A stretch of DNA of 63,985 nt, filler included, from an uncultured archaeon (lineage in GTDB: Archaea; Nanobdellota; Nanobdellia; Woesearchaeales; CAIVOO01), in NCBI GenBank assembly GCA_903842985.1. It is 6 parts of 6 records of this genome, joined end to end, with 100 filler letters (N's around TTAATTAATTAA, not from the genome) between each part and the next. Parts side by side here need not be neighbours in the genome. Positions count along the whole stretch, not along the records: positions 55,523 to 59,932 come from CAIMOB010000034.1; positions 60,033 to 62,315 come from CAIMOB010000035.1; positions 62,416 to 63,985 come from CAIMOB010000045.1; 3 more parts are not named here. One strand, 5' to 3'. Below, one piece after another: positions 57,912 through 63,985 of this stretch. The position numbers were made by a program, and so were the translations under genes. Under the pieces are notes generated by a model. It was given only the letters and a program-made list of their open reading frames with translations. It had not been told where the DNA came from and did not search any database. The stretch's first letter is position 1; every line of letters starts with the position of its first letter.

Positions 57912-59639
57912 ATGAAAATACTAACACTGCACTCTGATTACATAACATTCGAGCCAAAGAAAAAGGCTTTGAAGAATGCAGAGGAAGTAGAGGCGAAGCC
58001 AAAGACAGTAAAGGAATGCCTTGTTGTCCTGACTGCTGTTGAAAAAAGGGACGAGGCAAATGCAGAGGCCATCGTTAAAAGACTGGCAAAGGAAGTTTCT
58101 GACATTGCAGGTCAGGTGAAGACAGAAAATATTGTTCTCTATCCTTATGCGCATCTCAGCTCAAATCTGGCGCTGCCTGACAAGGCTGCGCAGATAATGA
58201 AGGATGCTGAGAAGGAATTAAGCAAGAAATTCAAAGTCACAAGGGCGCCGTTCGGCTGGTACAAAAGCTTTGAAGTGAAATGCAAGGGTCATCCGCTTTC
58301 TGAATTGAGCAGGGAGTTCGGCGCTGAAGGAAAAGAAGAAGCGAAAGAAGAAGAATTATCAAAAGAAGCAAGAGAAAGCCTGCTGAAAACAATGTCAAAG
58401 ACAAAGATGAGCGCTGAAAGAAGCAAGGAAGGGCTGAAAAGCAATGTCGAGCTTGGAAGAGAGCTGGATTTGTACACAGTAAATGAAATAATCGGTTCAG
58501 GCCTGCCTTTGCTTACTCCAAAGGGTGCGACAATCAGAAGGGAGCTGGAAAGATTTATTGTCGATGAAGAACTGAAGCGGGGATATGGATACACAGTCAC
58601 GCCAATCATGGCAAAAAGCGACCTTTACAAAATTTCCGGGCACTGGCAGCATTACAAGGAATTCATGTTTTCCCTGAATGTAGGCAATGAAGTATTTGCA
58701 TTGAGACCAATGACCTGCCCATTCCAGTTTGTGATTTACAAAAGCAAAATCAGAAGCTACAAGGATTTGCCGATAAGGTACGCGGAAATATCCAATTTAT
58801 TCAGAAACGAAAAGTCCGGCGAATTGATGGGCTTGACAAGGCTGAGGCAGTTTACCTTAGCTGACGCTCATATCATCTGCAGGCCAGACCAGCTTGAAGA
58901 CGAGTTTGAAAAAGTCATTGATTTGGTGAAGTATGTGATGAAAACCCTCGATATCAAGGATATCTGGTACAGATTCTCAAAATGGGACCCAAAAAATAAG
59001 GAAAAGTACATTGACAACCCAAAGGCGTGGGAAACTTCCCAAAAGTCAATGAAGAAAATTCTTGACAAGTTAAAAATGAAATATGTTGAAGCTGAAAATG
59101 AAGCTGCATTTTACGGCCCAAAGCTGGACATCCAGTACAAAAATATCTTCGGTAAGGAGGACACGCTCATTACTGTGCAGATTGACTTTGCTCTGCCTGA
59201 AAAATTTGATTTGACTTATGTCGGCGAAGACAGCAAGTCATGCAGACCAATAGTCATACACCGCTCCTCAATCGGCTGCCTCGAAAGGACGATGGCTTAT
59301 ATCCTGGAAAAAACACAGGGCAGCCTGCCGCTTTGGCTTTCTCCAGTTCAAGTGAAGGTTATCACAATTAACGACAGAAACATTCCATTTGCAAAAGATG
59401 TATTCTCCAAATTAAAGGAAAAAGGCATCAGGGCGGAATTAAATGAGGATGCTGAAACAATCAGCAAAAAAGTAAGGGACGCCCAACTTGAAAAGGCAAA
59501 TTACATTGTGACAATCGGTGACAAGGAAGTTGAAAAAAAGAAGCTTGCTGTCAGAACAAGGGCAGGCGAAGTAAAATTTGATGTTGATGTTGATGACTTT
59601 GTTAAGTCATTGATTAATGAAATTGAAAAGAGAGATTAA
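57912..59639 (+). CDS. thrS: Threonyl-tRNA synthetase (archaeal N-terminal editing domain)
   Basis: YPYAHLSS, APFGWYK, GHPLSELSR; LRPMTCP, FRNEKSG, AFYGPKLD, IHRS. Confidence 0.97.
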   Translation: MKILTLHSDYITFEPKKKALKNAEEVEAKPKTVKECLVVLTAVEKRDEANAEAIVKRLAKEVSDIAGQVKTENIVLYPYAHLSSNLALPDKAAQIMKDAEKELSKKFKVTRAPFGWYKSFEVKCKGHPLSELSREFGAEGKEEAKEEELSKEARESLLKTMSKTKMSAERSKEGLKSNVELGRELDLYTVNEIIGSGLPLLTPKGATIRRELERFIVDEELKRGYGYTVTPIMAKSDLYKISGHWQHYKEFMFSLNVGNEVFALRPMTCPFQFVIYKSKIRSYKDLPIRYAEISNLFRNEKSGELMGLTRLRQFTLADAHIICRPDQLEDEFEKVIDLVKYVMKTLDIKDIWYRFSKWDPKNKEKYIDNPKAWETSQKSMKKILDKLKMKYVEAENEAAFYGPKLDIQYKNIFGKEDTLITVQIDFALPEKFDLTYVGEDSKSCRPIVIHRSSIGCLERTMAYILEKTQGSLPLWLSPVQVKVITINDRNIPFAKDVFSKLKEKGIRAELNEDAETISKKVRDAQLEKANYIVTIGDKEVEKKKLAVRTRAGEVKFDVDVDDFVKSLINEIEKRD

Positions 59640-59786
59640 ATAATTTCTAAAAGGCCTGCGTTTGTCGGATAAGAATTAATCTATTCTTTCATATATTAAT
59701 TAGTATACAAAAACTTCTATAAGTACCACCATATAGGAACAAAAACCAAAAGATTTATATACCAGTAGTCACTACTAGGTAGTAAT

Positions 59787-59932
59787 ATGGTAAGCACACA
59801 ATATTTTGAAAATTCAAGGGAAGAGAGCAGACAGATGGAAGACTGCATGAGAGACCCGCACTTTGACATATATGGGCGCAGGAATCCTATTCAGGAAACT
59901 GGAACAGTTCAGAATTGCATTGTGATGCAGGA
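59787..59932 (+). CDS. Hypothetical protein, 3'-truncated
   Basis: ATG preceded by AAAAGATTTATATA TATA-like box; open to the contig end. Confidence 0.4.
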
Positions 59933-60032
59933 NNNNNNNNNNNNNNNNNNNNNNNNNNNNNNNNNNNNNNNNNNNNTTAATTAATTAANNNNNNNNNNNN
60001 NNNNNNNNNNNNNNNNNNNNNNNNNNNNNNNN
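59933..60032. other. Artificial contig linker
   Basis: N-TTAATTAATTAA-N. Confidence 0.99.
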
Positions 60033-61171
60033 CTCAAACGTCTATAAATTTCTATTATTGCTTCTTCTGCAGTATCCAGCTTGTCAAGCGCAAGTGTCTT
60101 GGAAAGTGATGAGCTATAATTTATTTCATCTATATAAATTGTCTTTATTTCTTTAACGCCTTCAGTATTCAGCTTAGCCAGAAGGTCTGCAGAAAGCATC
60201 TCATTTGATTCTACTATAATCTCACCAGAAGATAAATCGACAATATCTTCGGCAATGACCTTGCCGAGAATATCCTTTTCACTGCATACCATGGGTTCGA
60301 GTACTTTTCCCGAATATTTTTTAACTGTTGCTGCAGTTATTTTTTTGCCTGCCTTGATTGCAGGTTCGGCCGAACCCTTAACTTTTATATCATGCTCTGC
60401 CTTAAGTCCAACAAGGCTTTTCAAATCAATATGCTTTAGGATTTTGTCCTTGCCAAATGAGAATCTTTCCTTGAGATAATACATGCCTAGAATATCCTGG
60501 TTTGTGTATCCCAATGCTTTTAAAAGCGTTGTTGAAGTCATCTTCCTTCTGCGATCGATTCTCAGATAGAGTACACCCTTTGAATCAAAATCCAAATCTA
60601 TCCATGAACCTCTGGCAGGTATGATTCTGGCTGAAAACAGGACTTTACCACCAGTTACAGCACGTGCTGCAGTCTTATCAAAAAATATCCCGGGAGATCG
60701 ATGCAGCTGACTGACAATAACCCTTTCAGTGCCGTTAATTATAAATGTTGCTGACGGTGTCATGAGAGGTATTTCGCCGAAATAAACTTCCTGTTCCTTA
60801 ATATCTCGTATACTCTGTGTCTGTGTTTCCTCGTCTCTGTCATACACTACAAGCCTGACTTTCAGGTTAACAGGTGCCGCATATGTCAGTCCCTTCTGTA
60901 CACATTCATCAATGTCATATTTGGGTTCACCGAGTTTATATTCAACAAACTCCAGAGATGCATACTCATTAAAATCTTTTATTGGGAAAACAGATCTAAA
61001 AACACTTTCGAGACCAATATTTTTTCGCTTTTCAGGTGAGATTTCTTTCTGAAGGAATGCACTGTACGATGTCTTTGGGAGTTCAACAAGGTCAGGCATG
61101 TCAATCATGGAAAACCGCTTTGCAAAACTTTTTCGCCTAATTTCGGGATAGGAAAGAATGTCTTTCATCAT
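60033..61171 (-). CDS. rpoB: Bacterial RNA polymerase beta subunit, N-terminal part
   Basis: RKSFAK, SVFPIKD, KEQEVYFGEIPLMT, INGTERVIVSQLHRSPG, RIDRRRK. Confidence 0.97.
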
Positions 61172-61260
61172 TTACGGCTAATCCCCTTTTTCTTTATTGT
61201 ATAAGCAAAAATCCAGGACACAACCTTTATGGAAGTGTCCTTTCTATCTTTTATTATCTG

Positions 61261-61291
61261 AAACAGCGGTGAATGTGTTCACCTGCTGTTT
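61261..61291 (-). terminator. Hairpin between rplL and rpoB (attenuator/terminator-like)
   Basis: AAACAGC-GGTGAA-TGTG-TTCACC-T-GCTGTTT on the plus strand. Confidence 0.5.
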
Positions 61292-61333
61292 CCTTTAAAA
61301 TACTGACCGATTGGTCTCCTGCCGCAAATGGGC

Positions 61334-61714
61334 TTAATTTATCTCTACAACTGCGCCCTGCTCTTCGAGTTTTTTCTTGGCGTCTTCGGCTTCCTGCTTG
61401 GAAACTTTTTCTACTACCGTTTTAGGAGCACCTTCTACCAGGTCTTTGGCTTCCTTGAGTCCAAGGTTTGTAAGAGCCCTTACTACCTTAATTACCTGTA
61501 TTTTTTGTGAGCCTGCTTCTTTAAGGATTACATCGAATTGTGTCTTTTCCTCAACCGGTTCAGCCGGTCCTGATGAAGGGCCTGCTGCAAGAGCTACTGC
61601 AGGGGCTGCTGCACTTACACCAAATTTTTCTTCAAGCTCTTTAACAAAACCTGCGAGCTCTAAAACCGTCATATTTTCAATAAATTTTATTACGTCTTCG
61701 CGTGAAATACTCAT
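61334..61714 (-). CDS. rplL: Bacterial ribosomal protein L7/L12
   Basis: [35 protein letters not shown]. Confidence 0.98.
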   Translation of the reverse strand: MSISREDVIKFIENMTVLELAGFVKELEEKFGVSAAAPAVALAAGPSSGPAEPVEEKTQFDVILKEAGSQKIQVIKVVRALTNLGLKEAKDLVEGAPKTVVEKVSKQEAEDAKKKLEEQGAVVEIN

Positions 61715-61732
61715 TTTTTTAATCTCTCCTTA

Positions 61733-62269
61733 TTAATTTTCTTGTGCTTGAACCTGTGACTTCTTTTCTTCGATTGCCTTTAAAACATACATAATCTGAC
61801 GTACCATAGCTGCAAGAACACCAACAAAGTTAGTCGCCGGTGCATTCATGGATCCGAGCATTCTGGCAAGCAGTACTTCCTTGCTTGGCATTCCTGCAAG
61901 ATCCTTAACATCTGTTGCGGTAAGAAACTGTGATCCTAAAACACCGCCTTGAATTTCCAACTTTTCGTTTTTCTTTGAAAAATCCACAATTGCTTTTGCC
62001 AGCGCAACGGGATCAGCAAATGCTATGGCAATTGCCGTAGGCCCCTTAAGCAGCGGATTGAGCCCTGTCGCATCTGTTCCTTCTGCAGCGAGTTTAAGAA
62101 GTGTATTCTTGACAACCTGATATTTACCGCCAGCCTGCCTGATTCCACCTCTTAACTGAGTGACCTTCTCAACAGTCAGTCCTTTATAGTCTGTTACAAA
62201 AACAGCACCACTTTTGCCTAGCTCATCATGGAGCTTTTCTACCAGTTCCGATTTTTCTGTCCTATTCAA
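61733..62269 (-). CDS. rplJ: Bacterial ribosomal protein L10
   Basis: DYKGLTV, VVKNTLL, GPTAIA, PSKEVL; GAGGT SD before TTG. Confidence 0.97.
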   Translation of the reverse strand: MNRTEKSELVEKLHDELGKSGAVFVTDYKGLTVEKVTQLRGGIRQAGGKYQVVKNTLLKLAAEGTDATGLNPLLKGPTAIAIAFADPVALAKAIVDFSKKNEKLEIQGGVLGSQFLTATDVKDLAGMPSKEVLLARMLGSMNAPATNFVGVLAAMVRQIMYVLKAIEEKKSQVQAQEN

Positions 62270-62315
62270 TCGCTACCTCACCCCCTTTATTTTTTAATAT
62301 CCCGTTAAAGGATAC

Positions 62316-62415
62316 NNNNNNNNNNNNNNNNNNNNNNNNNNNNNNNNNNNNNNNNNNNNTTAATTAATTAANNNNNNNNNNNNNNNNNNNNNNNNNNNNN
62401 NNNNNNNNNNNNNNN
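62316..62415. other. Artificial contig linker
   Basis: N-TTAATTAATTAA-N. Confidence 0.99.
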
Positions 62416-62919
62416 ACGCAAGAGATGAAACCACTCCATGAACTGGGTGCAGACGAAGTAATCCCTTCTGAGTTCGAAACTTCAGTTGAAATTTTCACAA
62501 GAGTCCTTGCAAAATATTTAGTCCCAAGGGACCAGATAGAAAAGTTTGTTGCTGAAGTGAGAGCAGATGATTACGAGGTGTTCCGCAGCCTCTCAAAGAA
62601 ATCAGCTGGCCTGGGTGACTTGCGGCTAGCCAATGTGGAAGTGTGCTCTTTGCAGCTGGATGAATCCTCTGAACTTGTGGGAAAAAAATTAGCTCAGGCA
62701 GATATCCGGAATAAATACGAGATAACAATACTTGCAATCAGACGAAAAACAGAAGTCATTTCTAATCCGAGAAGCGACACCAAGCTTGCAGCAGGAGATG
62801 TTATCATTGTTCTGGGAGCGCCGGATAAGCTTGCTATCTTCACAACTGCATTGCAGGGAACACGCCAGACTACCCAATCAGCTGCAAAAACTGTTGTTGC
62901 GAGCGAAAAGCCTATATAA
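62416..62919 (+). CDS. C-terminus of a Kef-type cation/H+ antiporter (end of TrkA-N plus TrkA-C)
   Basis: LGADEVIPSEFETS, LVGKKL--DIRNKY, ILAIRR, NP---LAAGD. Confidence 0.8.
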   Translation, partial: TQEMKPLHELGADEVIPSEFETSVEIFTRVLAKYLVPRDQIEKFVAEVRADDYEVFRSLSKKSAGLGDLRLANVEVCSLQLDESSELVGKKLAQADIRNKYEITILAIRRKTEVISNPRSDTKLAAGDVIIVLGAPDKLAIFTTALQGTRQTTQSAAKTVVASEKPI

Positions 62920-62942
62920 TATAGCTGCTTACCATAGCTGTA

Positions 62943-63692
62943 ATGCTCCCCGAGATAGAGCTCAACAAAGGCACTTTACCAAAGCACATCGCATTTGCTT
63001 CTGCTGGCGCAGAACACTATGCTGATACGCGAGGTCTACTGCTGAGCCAAGCGCTTGAAAAGAATGAGTCCTTGCTTCTGGAATTAATCAATCTCCAAGC
63101 AAAACTCCAATTACCAATAACAACAATTCTCATTTCGCCGCTCACTACTGACAGCGTGGAGCGAATTACTGCATATGCAGAACATGCTCATAGTGTACTT
63201 GAAACTCTCGACGAAAGCCAGATTCTCAAAAAATTCGGCATCAAGGTTAATATTTTTGGAAAATGGTACAACCTTCCCAGCAAAACAATTGACTTAATCA
63301 AAAAGATACTGCAGGAAACCAGCGGCCATGAAGAGCTCTTTTTGAATCTCTGCATTAATTACGACGGCCAGGCAGAGTTGGTTGATGCAATTCGCATCAT
63401 CGGAAGAAAAGTTGCTGCTGGAAAACTGTACCCTGATGCAATTGACAAGGGAAATGTCAAGGAAGAGATTTATACATCGTATTTTCTGCCACCGGATATT
63501 GTAATTGCCAGTGGAACTGAAAAACAGCTAGGCGGCTTTTTATTGTGGGATTCCGCAAAAGCTCCATTCTATTTTATTGGCAAGGATTTTCCTGACTGTG
63601 ATATTTCTGACATCATAGAGGCCTTGAAATGGCTGGAAGAGCAGAAAAAACACGAACATTTAAAAAGAAACGCATCCAGCCATCACCTATGA
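62943..63692 (+). CDS. uppS: cis-prenyltransferase (UppS)-like protein with degenerate active site
   Basis: PKHIA, LNLCINYDGQAELVDA, PDIVI, FLLWDSA; DGNRR motif missing. Confidence 0.75.
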   Translation: MLPEIELNKGTLPKHIAFASAGAEHYADTRGLLLSQALEKNESLLLELINLQAKLQLPITTILISPLTTDSVERITAYAEHAHSVLETLDESQILKKFGIKVNIFGKWYNLPSKTIDLIKKILQETSGHEELFLNLCINYDGQAELVDAIRIIGRKVAAGKLYPDAIDKGNVKEEIYTSYFLPPDIVIASGTEKQLGGFLLWDSAKAPFYFIGKDFPDCDISDIIEALKWLEEQKKHEHLKRNASSHHL

Positions 63693-63934
63693 GAAAATCA
63701 GGATTTGACAAAAACCTCGACAAATGTCTTTTTTCTGAGGTCAAAGAGTGGGACACTACACGAATTACAGTCGGAGTCTTCCAGTACAATGAAGGCGAAA
63801 AGAAACTGCAGATTTCGCGGGAGAATCGAACTATGGTGGAAGGCGAATGGACTTTTGCAAAGCTTGGCCGCCTCTTTAAAGACGAAGCAGAAGCAGTTCT
63901 CCCCATGCTCGAAAAAGCTCTCAAGCATTTGTAA
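63689..63934 (+). CDS. Small PC4-like nucleic-acid-binding protein
   Basis: ITVGVFQYNEGEKKLQISRE...KLGRL--EAEAV; ATGA overlap with the upstream gene. Confidence 0.55.
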   Translation: MRKSGFDKNLDKCLFSEVKEWDTTRITVGVFQYNEGEKKLQISRENRTMVEGEWTFAKLGRLFKDEAEAVLPMLEKALKHL

Positions 63935-63985
63935 ATTCTTGGAAACATTTTTATAATACACTTGCGCTCCAGAGTAGTATGAGTG

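Noticed and set aside
60033..61171. rpoB plus sigma-70 as a bacterial RNA polymerase in an archaeon
   Set aside because: rpoB is on a separate short all-bacterial contig with no linkage to the sigma contig
1..63985. Alternative genetic code or stop read-through explaining the half genes
   Set aside because: Conserved genes translate to full length in code 11 using TAA, TAG and TGA stops, and the half genes are bounded by other genes rather than by in-frame continuations

Overview
The window is six contigs joined by artificial N-TTAATTAATTAA-N linkers (1-22324, 22425-32057, 32158-55422, 55523-59932, 60033-62315, 62416-63985). Five look archaeal, most consistent with a DPANN (Woesearchaeota-like) bin: CarS, Dph2, Hel308, Cdc6, translin, an archaeal ThrRS editing domain, class III signal-peptide pilins and TATA-box promoters. 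One (60033-62315, rplJ-rplL-rpoB) is purely bacterial and probably a binning contaminant. Contig 1 holds a minus-strand surface-protein locus: two ~2000-aa repeat adhesins, MinD/ParA plus an uncalled 45-aa ribbon-helix-helix gene, two proteins sharing a C-terminal WxL/pilin-like module, and a DUF916-like membrane protein whose tail looks like a decayed IS481 integrase core. That run continues into a half Dph2 and a complete bacterial-type sigma-70. Contig 1 also has tRNA-Asn and a Hel308 lacking its first RecA domain. Contig 2 is a type IV pilin-like cluster. Contig 3 carries gatCAB, a bacterial-type aspS, serS, a long RelA/SpoT, cdc6, rtcB and a pilus ATPase locus. A ~55-bp double-hairpin element sits on ATG codons at two unlinked sites, and an element of the same architecture lies in-frame in a pilin signal peptide. 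All family calls are by-eye motif recognition; no searches were run.
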